A stretch of DNA of 64,000 nt from an uncultured Coriobacteriaceae bacterium (GTDB lineage: Bacteria > Actinomycetota > Coriobacteriia > Coriobacteriales > Coriobacteriaceae), in contig CALUIM010000008.1 of assembly GCA_944320725.1 (NCBI GenBank), positions 94,385 through 158,384 of the forward strand. Reading direction: 5' to 3'. Shown here piece after piece: positions 8,278-17,846 of this stretch. The notes under the pieces were generated by a model. The model had not been told where the DNA came from. It did not search any database and worked only from the letters and a program-made list of their open reading frames with translations. How positions within the stretch are numbered: the first letter of the stretch is position 1; the number at the start of each line of letters is the position of its first letter. Both the position numbers and the translations under genes were made by a program.

Positions 8278-9539
8278 TACAGCTCAACCCCTTCTGCCAC
8301 ATCGATGCGCACGACCTCGACCATATCGCCCGCCGCATAGCCCTTGGGTCCATCTGGGACCGTGAGCAGGCAGTTGGCATGGTGAAGGGTGCCGAGCAAC
8401 GCCGAGTTCTGCGAGCGCGCCGAGCGCACCTGGAGCTCGCCTGTCTGGGCGTCGCGCTCAACGTGGGCGCGATCGTAGAACCGCCGCGCCTGAGACTTCT
8501 TCACATCATGCATGACGCGCGCGCACTGACGCGGACGCAGTCCCGCAGGGTAGCCGAGCATCTTGCGAATCGCTGGGCGGGCGAGCATCTCGAAGCCCAC
8601 CGATGCGGCCGCCGGGTTGCCGGACAGGCCCAGGTACGGGACACCTTGCACAAGCCCGAAGGTGATAGCCTTGCCGGGCCGCATGGACACGCGATCGAAC
8701 AGGACCTCGCCCTCGCGGCGGGCAAGCGCCGTGACGTAGTCGTAATCCCCCGCCGAAGCGCCGCCGCTCGTTACCACGAAGTCGTACTCCGCGATTGCTT
8801 GCAGCACAAGCTCGCGGATGGCCACCTCATCGTCGGGCGCGATACCAAGGTACGTGGGCTCTGCACCGACATCGGCAGCTTGTGCCATGAGGGCAAACGC
8901 GTTGGCATCGCGGATCTGACCGCGCGCGGGCACGCAGTTGGGGGCAACCAGCTCGGTACCGAGCGAGATGATCGCGACACGCGGCGCGCGATGGACGGAC
9001 ACGCTCATGTGCCCCGCCGATGCAAGCAGGCCGCACCCGGCTGGCGTGCACACCTCGCCAGCGCGCATCACCACCTCACCGGCATGCGCCTCGAGGCCCG
9101 CCTCGCGAATGTTCTCGCCGAAATTCACCGGCGCCGTGAAGCGCACGCGGGAACCCTCGTTGCCGTCGCCTTCGAGCACCTCGACGACCTCGTACTTCAC
9201 CACGGCATCGGCGCCCGCGGGCACCGGCGCGCCCGTCATGATGCGCACCGCACAGCCTCGTTCGATGCAGCCTTCGAACACATGCCCCGCTGCTTCGTGC
9301 CCCACCACCTGAAGCGCAACCGGCGCATCGGAAGATGCGGCGGCGAGGTCCGCCGCATGGAGGGCGTAACCATCCATGGCGCTCGAGGCAAACGGTGCGA
9401 GATCGATGTCTGTGGCAGCATCGTGCGCGAGCGGACGCCCCGCTGCCTGCCACACCGGGATCTCGACCGTATCGGTGGGTTCCACGTGCGCGAGGATGAT
9501 CTCCTGCGCCTCCTCGACCAGAATCATATGCTCGTCCAT
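8277..9539 (-). CDS. moeA: Molybdopterin molybdenumtransferase
   Basis: SSAMDGYAL motif and MoeA four-domain length. Start placed at ATG 9539 after GGGAG; the ORF extends to 9587. Confidence 0.9.
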   Translation of the reverse strand: MDEHMILVEEAQEIILAHVEPTDTVEIPVWQAAGRPLAHDAATDIDLAPFASSAMDGYALHAADLAAASSDAPVALQVVGHEAAGHVFEGCIERGCAVRIMTGAPVPAGADAVVKYEVVEVLEGDGNEGSRVRFTAPVNFGENIREAGLEAHAGEVVMRAGEVCTPAGCGLLASAGHMSVSVHRAPRVAIISLGTELVAPNCVPARGQIRDANAFALMAQAADVGAEPTYLGIAPDDEVAIRELVLQAIAEYDFVVTSGGASAGDYDYVTALARREGEVLFDRVSMRPGKAITFGLVQGVPYLGLSGNPAAASVGFEMLARPAIRKMLGYPAGLRPRQCARVMHDVKKSQARRFYDRAHVERDAQTGELQVRSARSQNSALLGTLHHANCLLTVPDGPKGYAAGDMVEVVRIDVAEGVEL

Positions 9540-9718
9540 GTGAGCTCCCTTCATGACGGTCAATCGGGTCACGGCGTTCGCTGCCACGAACCATGACGTC
9601 GATAGTTGTGCTCCGCACTATTTTATTCTCAACTGGCTATAAAGAAGCGGCGAATTCTCGCGAACCGTTGTGAGGGGCATTGACGTATGCCGTCAGTGGG
9701 TCGCTTCTTGACCTGCGC

Positions 9719-9736
9719 TTTTCAAGAAGTTCACAA
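9719..9736. promoter_or_regulatory. Rex-box-like site upstream of adhE
   Basis: TTTTCAA-GAAG-TTCACAA compared with the known Rex consensus TTGTGAA-N4-TTCACAA. The right half matches 7/7 and the left half 5/7. Confidence 0.35.
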
Positions 9737-9870
9737 CTCAACACAAATTGAAGCGTTACAAAAAAATGAAACGTTTAAATCGACCGTTTACCGGAAATCG
9801 ACCGTTTACCGAGAAACCACTTGCTAAAATGTGCGCTGTAGGGTAAGTCACCATTCACAAGGAGAGACAC

Positions 9871-12516
9871 ATGGTGAAAAAACCAACGGCAGCCGCCGCC
9901 CCCGAGGTCATCGACTCGGTCGACGCCCTTGAGGCAAAGCTCGCGCAGATGCGCGAGGCTCAGAAGGTCTTTGCCACCTACACGCAGGAGCAGGTTGACA
10001 AGATCTTCTACGAGGCAGCTATGGCTGCCAACAAGGCGCGCATTCCGCTCGCCAAGCTTGCGGTCGAGGACACCGGCCGCGGCATTGTGGAAGACAAGGT
10101 CATCAAGAACCACTACGCCTCCGAGTACATCTACAACGCCTACAAGAACACCAAGACCTGCGGCGTCATCGAGCGCGACGAGGCCTATGGTGTCACCAAG
10201 GTCGCCGAGCCCATCGGCATCGTGGGCGCTGTGATCCCCACCACCAACCCCACCTCGACCGCGATCTTCAAGTGCCTCATCTGCCTGAAGACCCGCAACG
10301 CCATCATCATCTCCCCGCACCCCGCGGCAGCCAAGTGCACCATCGCCGCTGCCAAGCTGGTGCTCGAGGCCGCGGTGAAGGCCGGCGCCCCCGAGGGCAT
10401 CATCGGCTGGATCGACGTCCCCTCGCTCGACCTCACCAACATGCTCATGCGCGAGGTCGACATCATCCTGGCCACCGGCGGCCCCGGCATGGTCAAGGCC
10501 GCGTACTCCTCCGGTAAGCCCGCCCTCGGCGTCGGCGCCGGCAACACCCCCGTGGTGATCGACGACACGGCCGACATCAAGCTCGCCGTCAACTCCATCA
10601 TCCATTCCAAGACGTTCGACAACGGCATGATCTGCGCGTCCGAGCAGTCCGTGACCGCCCTCGACTCCATCTACGACGAGGTCAAGGCCGAGTTCAAGGC
10701 CCGCGGCTGCTACTTCGTGAAGAAGGGCAAGGAGCTCGAGGCCCTGCGCGAGGCCATGTTCAAGAACGGCGCGCTCGACCACCGCATCCCCGGTATGCCC
10801 GCGCCCAAGATCGCCGAGCTCGCCGGCATCAAGGTTCCGCCCAAGACCAAGATCCTGATCGCCGAGGTCATCTCAACCGATCCCACCAAGGAAGAGTTCT
10901 CCCACGAGAAGCTCTCCCCCGTCCTGGCCATGTACCACGCCAAGGATTACCAGGAGGCTGTCGACAAGGCCGAGCACCTCGTGCTCGCCGGCGGCCCGGG
11001 CCACACCGCCTCGCTCTACGTGCATCCCGCCGAGCGTGAGAAGATCGCGCTGTTCGAGGACACCATGAAGGCCTGCCGCATCGTCATCAACACGCCTTCC
11101 TCGCAGGGTGGCATCGGCGACCTCTACAACTTCGCCATGAAGCCCTCCCTCACGCTGGGCTGCGGCTCCTGGGGTGGCAACTCCGTCTCCGAGAACGTTG
11201 GGGTGAAGCACTTGCTGAACATCAAGACCGTAGCGGAGCGCCGCGAGAACATGCTGTGGTTCCGCGCTCCCGAGAAGATCTACTTCAAGAAGGGCTGCAC
11301 GCCCGTCGCCCTCGATGAGCTCGGCCGCGTGATGGGCAAGAAGCGTGCCTTCATCGTAACCGACTCCTTCCTGTACAAGAACGGTAACTGCCGCGCCATC
11401 GAGGCCAAGCTCGACGAGATGGGCGTCGCGCACGACGCGTTCTACGACATCTGCCCCGACCCGCGCCTGCAGGACGCCCAGAAGGGCGCCGAGCGCATGC
11501 GCCTGTTCGAGCCCGACGTCATCATCGCCGTCGGCGGCGGCTCCGCGATGGATGCCGGCAAGATCATGTGGCTCATGTACGAGCACCCCGAGGTCAACTT
11601 CGAGGATGCCGCCATGGACTTCATGGACATCCGCAAGCGCGTCTTCACCTTCCCCAAGCTTGGTGAGAAGGCGTACTTCGTCGCCGTCCCGACCTCTTCG
11701 GGCACCGGCTCCGAGGTAACCCCGTTCGCGATCATCACCGACGCCGAGACCGGCATCAAGTGGCCGATCGCCGACTACGAGCTGCTTCCTAACATGGCCA
11801 TCGTCGACGTGGACAACGCCATGACCGCGCCCAAGGGCCTCACCTGCGCCTCCGGTATCGACGTCATGACCCACGCCATCGAGTCCTACGTTTCGATCAT
11901 GAGCTCCGACTACACGCGCGGTCTGTCCATGCGCGCTGCCAAGCTCGTCTTCGAGAACCTGCCCGCGGCGTACGAGAAGGGCGCGGCCGATCCGCACGCT
12001 CGCGAGGAGATGCACAACGCTTCCTGCCTCGCCGGCATGGCCTTCGCCAATGCCTTCCTCGGTGTGAACCACTCCATGGCTCACAAGCTCGGCGCCTTCC
12101 ATCACCTGCCCCACGGCATCGCCAACGCTGTCATCCTCACGCGCATCATGCGTTACAACGCTGCCGAGAAGCCCGTTAAGATGGGCACCTTCTCCCAGTA
12201 TCAGTATCCGCACGCGCTCAAGGACTACGCCGACCTCGGCCGTTACTGCGGCTGCACCGGTGCCGACGATCGCGAGGTGTTCGAGAACTTCATCACCAAG
12301 CTCGAGAACCTCATGGAGACCATCGGCATCAAGAAGACCATCAAGGAGTACGGCGTCGACGAGCAGTACTTCCTCGATACGCTTGACGAGATGACCGAGC
12401 AGGCCTTCAACGACCAGTGCACCGGCGCCAACCCGCGCTACCCGCTCATGAGCGAGATCAAGGAGCTCTACCTCGACGCATACTACGGCCGTGAGCCGCA
12501 GTCCTACGAGGACTAG
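9871..12516 (+). CDS. adhE: Bifunctional acetaldehyde-CoA/alcohol dehydrogenase
   Basis: 881 aa with an N-terminal ALDH domain and a C-terminal iron-ADH domain (GGGSAMDAGK). SD sequence AAGGAGAG. Confidence 0.95.
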   Translation: MVKKPTAAAAPEVIDSVDALEAKLAQMREAQKVFATYTQEQVDKIFYEAAMAANKARIPLAKLAVEDTGRGIVEDKVIKNHYASEYIYNAYKNTKTCGVIERDEAYGVTKVAEPIGIVGAVIPTTNPTSTAIFKCLICLKTRNAIIISPHPAAAKCTIAAAKLVLEAAVKAGAPEGIIGWIDVPSLDLTNMLMREVDIILATGGPGMVKAAYSSGKPALGVGAGNTPVVIDDTADIKLAVNSIIHSKTFDNGMICASEQSVTALDSIYDEVKAEFKARGCYFVKKGKELEALREAMFKNGALDHRIPGMPAPKIAELAGIKVPPKTKILIAEVISTDPTKEEFSHEKLSPVLAMYHAKDYQEAVDKAEHLVLAGGPGHTASLYVHPAEREKIALFEDTMKACRIVINTPSSQGGIGDLYNFAMKPSLTLGCGSWGGNSVSENVGVKHLLNIKTVAERRENMLWFRAPEKIYFKKGCTPVALDELGRVMGKKRAFIVTDSFLYKNGNCRAIEAKLDEMGVAHDAFYDICPDPRLQDAQKGAERMRLFEPDVIIAVGGGSAMDAGKIMWLMYEHPEVNFEDAAMDFMDIRKRVFTFPKLGEKAYFVAVPTSSGTGSEVTPFAIITDAETGIKWPIADYELLPNMAIVDVDNAMTAPKGLTCASGIDVMTHAIESYVSIMSSDYTRGLSMRAAKLVFENLPAAYEKGAADPHAREEMHNASCLAGMAFANAFLGVNHSMAHKLGAFHHLPHGIANAVILTRIMRYNAAEKPVKMGTFSQYQYPHALKDYADLGRYCGCTGADDREVFENFITKLENLMETIGIKKTIKEYGVDEQYFLDTLDEMTEQAFNDQCTGANPRYPLMSEIKELYLDAYYGREPQSYED

Positions 12517-12534
12517 GCCTTCGCGCTCGTTCAC

Positions 12535-12582
12535 CGTCCGGAACGCGCCGTTCGCCGTGTCTGTGCACGGCGCGCCCGGACG
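12535..12582 (+). terminator. GC-rich nested hairpin after adhE (no U-tract)
   Basis: Outer stem CGTCCGG/CCGGACG and inner stem GCGCCG/CGGCGC. Confidence 0.4.
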
Positions 12583-12590
12583 CCGTTAAG

Positions 12591-13391
12591 ATGGAGCAAA
12601 CCGACAGAAAGGACGGTAGCGCCATGATTCTTCCCGATTCCAAGGTCGAGCTCGCCCACCGCGGCAACAAGGTCGTCTATGATCTCGGCGATAAGATCGT
12701 CAAGGTCTTCAACGAGTCCAAGCCCGTCTCCGACATCTTCAACGAGGCGCTCAACCTCGCCCGCATCAACGAGGCCGGTATCCGCAGCCCCAAGGCGCTC
12801 GAGGTCGCACAGGTCGAGGACGCTGACTACGGCTGGGCGCTCGTCACGAGCAAGGTTCCGGGCGTGACCCTCGCCGAGAAGATGAACGCCGAGCCCCAGC
12901 GCTTCGGTGAGTACCTGGAGCAGTTCGTGGACTTCCAGATCGAGATCCACGGATTCACCTGCACCCAGCTCAACCGTCAGTACGACAAGTACCAGCGCAT
13001 GATCAACTCGATCGACCAGATCAACGCCACCACGCGTTACAACCTGCTCGAGCGCCTGAACGGCCTCAAGAGCAAGGGCTTTGTGTGCCACGGCGACTTC
13101 AATCCGTCGAACGTAATCGTTGGTGAAGACGGTCAGCTCTATGCCTGCGACTGGGCGCACGCCACCCAGGGCTCCCCTGCTTCCGATGTGGCCATGACCT
13201 ACTTGCTGTTCGCCCTGAACAGCAAGGAGCAGGCCGACCAGTACCTCGAGCTGTATTGCGAGCGCGCCGACATGCCCATCCAGCTGCCGCGTCAGTGGAT
13301 GCCCATCGTGGCCGCCTCCGAGCTTGCGCGCAACCGCAAGAGCGATGAGGACTTCCTCCTCTCCTGGATCGACGTCTTCGATTACCAGTAA
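12591..13391 (+). CDS. Phosphotransferase (APH/choline-kinase-like) family protein
   Basis: Brenner-type catalytic motif HGDFNPSNV followed by ACDW. Size about 260 aa. The start is uncertain; Met at 12624 is an alternative. Confidence 0.75.
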   Translation: MEQTDRKDGSAMILPDSKVELAHRGNKVVYDLGDKIVKVFNESKPVSDIFNEALNLARINEAGIRSPKALEVAQVEDADYGWALVTSKVPGVTLAEKMNAEPQRFGEYLEQFVDFQIEIHGFTCTQLNRQYDKYQRMINSIDQINATTRYNLLERLNGLKSKGFVCHGDFNPSNVIVGEDGQLYACDWAHATQGSPASDVAMTYLLFALNSKEQADQYLELYCERADMPIQLPRQWMPIVAASELARNRKSDEDFLLSWIDVFDYQ

Positions 13392-13438
13392 GGACTTTCA
13401 GTAGGTCCACACATGAAGAATCCTCTTCATGTTCTCAA

Positions 13439-13481
13439 GGGGTTTGGTGCTAAGAATGGGCGCCAAACCCCTTTCTTTTTT
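13439..13481 (+). terminator. Intrinsic terminator
   Basis: GGGGTTTGG ... CCAAACCCC followed by TTTCTTTTTT. A second perfect 9-bp hairpin, ACATGAAGA/TCTTCATGT, lies at 13411-13432. Confidence 0.75.
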
Positions 13482-13818
13482 AAGCCCTCTTCGAAATGTA
13501 CTAAGGGGCGTATTGCAACATCAGTATTTTCAGCAGTAGCGCCCTATAAAAATGATACTCCGCTTGTTTCATATGCGAAATGTGGATGTTTCTCAAGAAA
13601 CCAAAAGCGCGTCCGATATGCATGAGTTTCATATACTCATTAACCTGCTAATTTAATAGCTCTATGGAACTGAGATTCGCGCTTCTCTATGCGATTCGCG
13701 ATTGTTATCCACACATCGCATATGATACCAACGGCGTCGCATTTCTTTCCCGTGGAATTACGCTCATACAAAACTACAAGCGCTTGAATTCATACACGAA
13801 ATACCAGATACAAAGAAA

Positions 13819-14487
13819 TTACGAGAAAAGGTACGTCGCGATACATCCTTCATGGCAGGCAATCGTCGCGCATGACGCGCGAACAACGTTTGAGACACCC
13901 AAATCGGAGAGTGCATCACACCGGCGATGATCGAGCTCCCATTCCATGCCCTGCTCTGAGACAACCGTATCGGGAAGCAACGGAACAAACGAGAATCCGC
14001 TTCCCGCGGCATCGACGATATCCCACTGCTCACCCGCGCGCAGGATGCGTCCTGAAAAGCCGTCCTCTTCAAGCGCGACGGTAAAGGGAGCGCGCGCAAG
14101 CGTTCCTATAACGGCGAGAAAATGATCGGGTCTGCCGCCGGAAAAACAGGTGAAGGTTACCCGAGCGCCCGGCCACCGCGCATCGACGGCGCGCAGCGCA
14201 AGCGCAAGGTCAGTGAAGTCCTTATACGGGTCATACCGCTCAAGCTCGCAGATCCCCGCAGCTACAAGGCAATCCAGGTGCAACGTCGCCGCGCGCGACG
14301 CCGTATCGCAGTCGCCGCAGAACAGATGAGGGTCGACACCTGCAGCGATAAGCGTATCGAGACCACGATCCACCGCCACCACGACATCCGCGTCTGCTGC
14401 AAGACGCAAGACAAGCTCAGGCGAAGACGGTTCCGGAGACCCGCCCACCATCAGCACGCGCGGACGACGCATCGCTTCAGATGACAC
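13819..14487 (-). CDS. thiN: Thiamine pyrophosphokinase
   Basis: Motifs GDCDT, KDFTDL and GGRPDH typical of the TPK catalytic domain, plus a C-terminal thiamine-binding domain. Confidence 0.8.
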   Translation of the reverse strand: MSSEAMRRPRVLMVGGSPEPSSPELVLRLAADADVVVAVDRGLDTLIAAGVDPHLFCGDCDTASRAATLHLDCLVAAGICELERYDPYKDFTDLALALRAVDARWPGARVTFTCFSGGRPDHFLAVIGTLARAPFTVALEEDGFSGRILRAGEQWDIVDAAGSGFSFVPLLPDTVVSEQGMEWELDHRRCDALSDLGVSNVVRASCATIACHEGCIATYLFS

Positions 14488-14489
14488 CG

Positions 14490-15197
14490 CTACTCCCCCG
14501 TCTGATAGCGCACAATATCGTCGAGCGCAAGATCGGTATACGACTCGATGTAGATATCGGAAAGCGCGCGAACCGTATCCGCCGCACCGCGGCCATCGGG
14601 GTCGAAAATACCCAGTAGGCGGTACCCCGCACCGCGCGCACTCCTCAATCCAAACTCGGCATCCTCGAACACCCAGACCGCATCATGTGGAGGCAGCTCC
14701 ATGCCACGCGCGGCGCACAAGCGCTCAAGGGCAAGGTTGTAGACATCGGGGAACTGCTTGGAACGCCCCGCCTCCGCCGTGGTTACCACAACATCAAAGA
14801 ACTGCTCCATGCCGTTGTGCCGCAGGCCCGCGCGTACCAGATGTTCAGGCGTCGAAGTTGCAATTGCCATCGGAATCCCCGCCGCGTGCGCCTCCTCCAA
14901 AAACGCGAGCGCTCCCGGTCGCGCGGAAATGTTCTCGCGGTACTCATGCTCCAAGATCTCCATGAGTTCGCGCAGCAACTCCTCGCCCGAAGCGCCCACG
15001 CCCCATTTGCGGTGGTAGCCCTCGCACTCCTCTTCGACTGAAAGATGCTCGAACTCGGCGAAATCATCTGCTGTTGCCTGGATCCCGTGGCGTGCGAGCA
15101 GCGCCGGCTGCGTTCGCAGCCACACGTCCATCGACAGCAGCAGCGTGCCGTCACAATCGAAAATGAACGCTGCCGGGAGGGCGGTCTCGCAGGTCAT
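14490..15197 (-). CDS. HAD-superfamily hydrolase (beta-phosphoglucomutase-like subfamily IA)
   Basis: DxDGT motif (FIFDCDGTLL), ATST and VFEDAEFG motifs. Confidence 0.8.
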   Translation of the reverse strand: MTCETALPAAFIFDCDGTLLLSMDVWLRTQPALLARHGIQATADDFAEFEHLSVEEECEGYHRKWGVGASGEELLRELMEILEHEYRENISARPGALAFLEEAHAAGIPMAIATSTPEHLVRAGLRHNGMEQFFDVVVTTAEAGRSKQFPDVYNLALERLCAARGMELPPHDAVWVFEDAEFGLRSARGAGYRLLGIFDPDGRGAADTVRALSDIYIESYTDLALDDIVRYQTGE

Positions 15198-15521
15198 GGG
15201 TATCCCTTCTCATACGCAAACGGTGCCGGCGCATCGCACAGCATGGCGCGGCAACCGAGCATCGCTGTTCAATCTCGACCATGCTACCACGCTCCACGTG
15301 CCGCACGCAGCGCATCTCGCATTTGGGCATACGTCTACCAAAAGATAGCTACCGTATCTCCGATACGCCTGAAAGAGTTATTCCGCTCAGTGGTATCCTC
15401 GACATGAGTTATGGCTCAGCAAACGCGCCGCGCATGTGCGTGGCGTGCCGCCGCCCGTGCACGAGGACGGCATACCTATCGGATGCGGCCACACGGTCGC
15501 CTGATCGATTGGAAGTGTAGC

Positions 15522-17789
15522 GTGGCTACGTCAACCAACGCGCCCAAGAAGGCAACGAGACGCACGAAGTCGGCAGCGAAGAAGACGGCGGAACCCTGCC
15601 TCATCATTACCGACGACGATCTGTATATGTTTGCCAACGGCACCTGGCAGCGCAGCTGGGAGAAGCTCGGCGCGCATAAGGACGTGCAAGACGGCGTCGA
15701 AGGCTGGCACTTCGCCGTATGGGCGCCCAAGGTGGCAAGCGTTCATGTGGTGGGCGACTTCAACGGTTGGGACGCCAACGCCAACGCGCTGTATCAAATC
15801 AAGCAAAGCGGCGTGTGGCAGGGCTTTGTCCCCGGCCTCGCTGAGGGCGACCTGTATAAGTACGTCATCGAGACCGACGACGGCAAGCTCCTCTACAAGG
15901 CGGACCCCTATGGGTTCTATGCTGAGAAGAACCCCGGCACCGCCTCGCGCCTCATGGATATCACCGGCTACAAGTGGACCGACGGTGTTTGGATGCGCAA
16001 GCGCGGACGCGCCGATCTCATGGCACAGCCCCTCAACATCTACGAGGTCCATCTGGGATCGTGGAAGCGCCACGGCGACGAGCCGCAGGGCGAGCCGCGC
16101 GAGGACGGCACCTATCCCGGCCCGGGCGATCCTTTCCCCGCGCAGCGCGGCGTCATGTACAGCTATGACGACCTCTCGACCGAGCTCGTGGACTATGTCA
16201 AGGACATGGGGTACTCCCATATCGAGATCATGCCCCTGATGGAGCATCCCTTCGACGGCTCCTGGGGCTACCAGCCCACCGGCTACTACGCCGCCACCTC
16301 GCGCTATGGCGAGCCCAAGCAGCTCATGCACTTCATTGAGTGCTGCCATAAGGCGAACATCGGCGTCATCCTCGACTGGGTCCCGGGCGGCTTCTGCGCC
16401 AACGACGAGGGCCTCGCCACCTTCAACGGCCACATGCTCTACGAGCGCGAAATCCATCCCAACTGGGGCACGCACAAGTTCGACTTCGGTCGCGGCGAGG
16501 TGCGCAGCTTCCTCGTCTCGAACGCGCTGTTCTGGATCGAGATGTTCCACGCCGACGGCATCCGCATGGATGGCGTCTCGAGCATGCTCTACCTGAACTT
16601 CGGCGTCGATGACCCCGGCCAGAAGAAGTTCAACAAGTACGGTACCGAAGAGGACCTCGATGCCTCCGCGTTCATTCGCCAGGTCAACTGCGCGGTGGGC
16701 CGCGAATTCCCCGACGTCATGATGATCGCCGAGGAATCCACCGCTTGGCCGCTCGTCACCTACCCGCCCGAGGATGGCGGTCTGGGCTTCCACTTCAAGT
16801 GGGACATGGGCTGGATGAACGACACCCTCCACTACATGCAGACCGACTTCCCGTGGCGTCCCGGCGCGCACCGGCTCCTCACGTTTTCGATGATGTACGC
16901 CTTTAACGAGAACTTCGTGCTGCCGCTCTCCCACGACGAGGTGGTAAACGGCAAGTGCTCGCTCATGGGCCGCATGCCTGGCGACCAGTGGCGTCAGTTC
17001 GCCGGCCTCCGCACGCTCATGATGTACCAGATGGCGCACTCCGGCGCGCAGCTCAACTTCATGGGCAACGAGATCGCACCCTTCATCGAGTGGCGCTACT
17101 ACGAGTCGCTCGAGTGGTTCCTGGCCGAGGACTTCGAGGATCATCGCCATCATCGTGACTTCGTGAAGGCCTTGAACCATCTCTACCTCGACCAGCCTGC
17201 CTTCTGGCAGAAGGCCTATACCGAGGATGGCTTCAAGTGGATCGACGCCGATAACAACCAGCAGTCAATCATCTCGTTCGCGCGCCACGGCAAGAAGGCG
17301 AGCGACGACCTTGCCATCCTCATCAACTTCGACCCCGCAAGCTATGAGACGTTCCGCATGGGCGTGCCGCGCGAGGGCGACTGGCAGGTCATCTTCGACT
17401 CCGACCGCCCCGAGTTCGGCGGCTCCGGCTACAAGCTCGACGAGCTCGACGGCGTGGTCTGCTCGAGCCAGCCCTACCCGTGGAACGGCTGCGACAACTC
17501 CATCCAGCTGCCGGTCCCCGGTCTTGCCGGCATCGTGCTCAAGCGCATCGGCAAGAGCTCCTACGTACCGCCCAAGCCTAAGAAGAAGCCTGCGGCGAAG
17601 CGCACCACGCGCAAGAAGACCACCTCGACCGCTGCTGCCAAAACTGCCAAGGCCAAGACCACCGCGGCCGCGGCCACAAAGGCGCCTGCTCAAAAAGCAG
17701 CTGCTACCCGCACCAAAGCTGTCTCCACGGCCAAGAAGACGGGAAAGGCCGCTCAGACGAAATCTACACAATCTGCCCCAGACGCGTAA
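15522..17789 (+). CDS. glgB: 1,4-alpha-glucan branching enzyme with a Lys/Ala/Thr-rich C-terminal tail
   Basis: GWHFAVWAP, VVGDFNGWD and GH13 regions (DWVPGGF, GIRMDGVSSM, IAEES). Start placed at GTG 15522 after GGAAG; the ATG at 15411 is an alternative start. Confidence 0.9.
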   Translation: MATSTNAPKKATRRTKSAAKKTAEPCLIITDDDLYMFANGTWQRSWEKLGAHKDVQDGVEGWHFAVWAPKVASVHVVGDFNGWDANANALYQIKQSGVWQGFVPGLAEGDLYKYVIETDDGKLLYKADPYGFYAEKNPGTASRLMDITGYKWTDGVWMRKRGRADLMAQPLNIYEVHLGSWKRHGDEPQGEPREDGTYPGPGDPFPAQRGVMYSYDDLSTELVDYVKDMGYSHIEIMPLMEHPFDGSWGYQPTGYYAATSRYGEPKQLMHFIECCHKANIGVILDWVPGGFCANDEGLATFNGHMLYEREIHPNWGTHKFDFGRGEVRSFLVSNALFWIEMFHADGIRMDGVSSMLYLNFGVDDPGQKKFNKYGTEEDLDASAFIRQVNCAVGREFPDVMMIAEESTAWPLVTYPPEDGGLGFHFKWDMGWMNDTLHYMQTDFPWRPGAHRLLTFSMMYAFNENFVLPLSHDEVVNGKCSLMGRMPGDQWRQFAGLRTLMMYQMAHSGAQLNFMGNEIAPFIEWRYYESLEWFLAEDFEDHRHHRDFVKALNHLYLDQPAFWQKAYTEDGFKWIDADNNQQSIISFARHGKKASDDLAILINFDPASYETFRMGVPREGDWQVIFDSDRPEFGGSGYKLDELDGVVCSSQPYPWNGCDNSIQLPVPGLAGIVLKRIGKSSYVPPKPKKKPAAKRTTRKKTTSTAAAKTAKAKTTAAAATKAPAQKAAATRTKAVSTAKKTGKAAQTKSTQSAPDA

Positions 17790-17846
17790 AATGGAATAGT
17801 GTTGACCTGCACCCTATCCGGGTTATGATCCGGCGGAAAGGAACCC

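Noticed and set aside
9775-12534. Long minus-strand ORFs (335 aa and 553 aa) opposite adhE
   Set aside because: These are mirror-frame artefacts with Gly/Val/Asp/Leu-rich low-information sequence. adhE on the plus strand is unambiguous.
13413-13930. 70-aa and 88-aa ORFs in the AT-rich segment
   Set aside because: They have no SD and no recognisable motifs. The second runs antisense into the thiN 3' end. They are treated as non-coding pending expression data.
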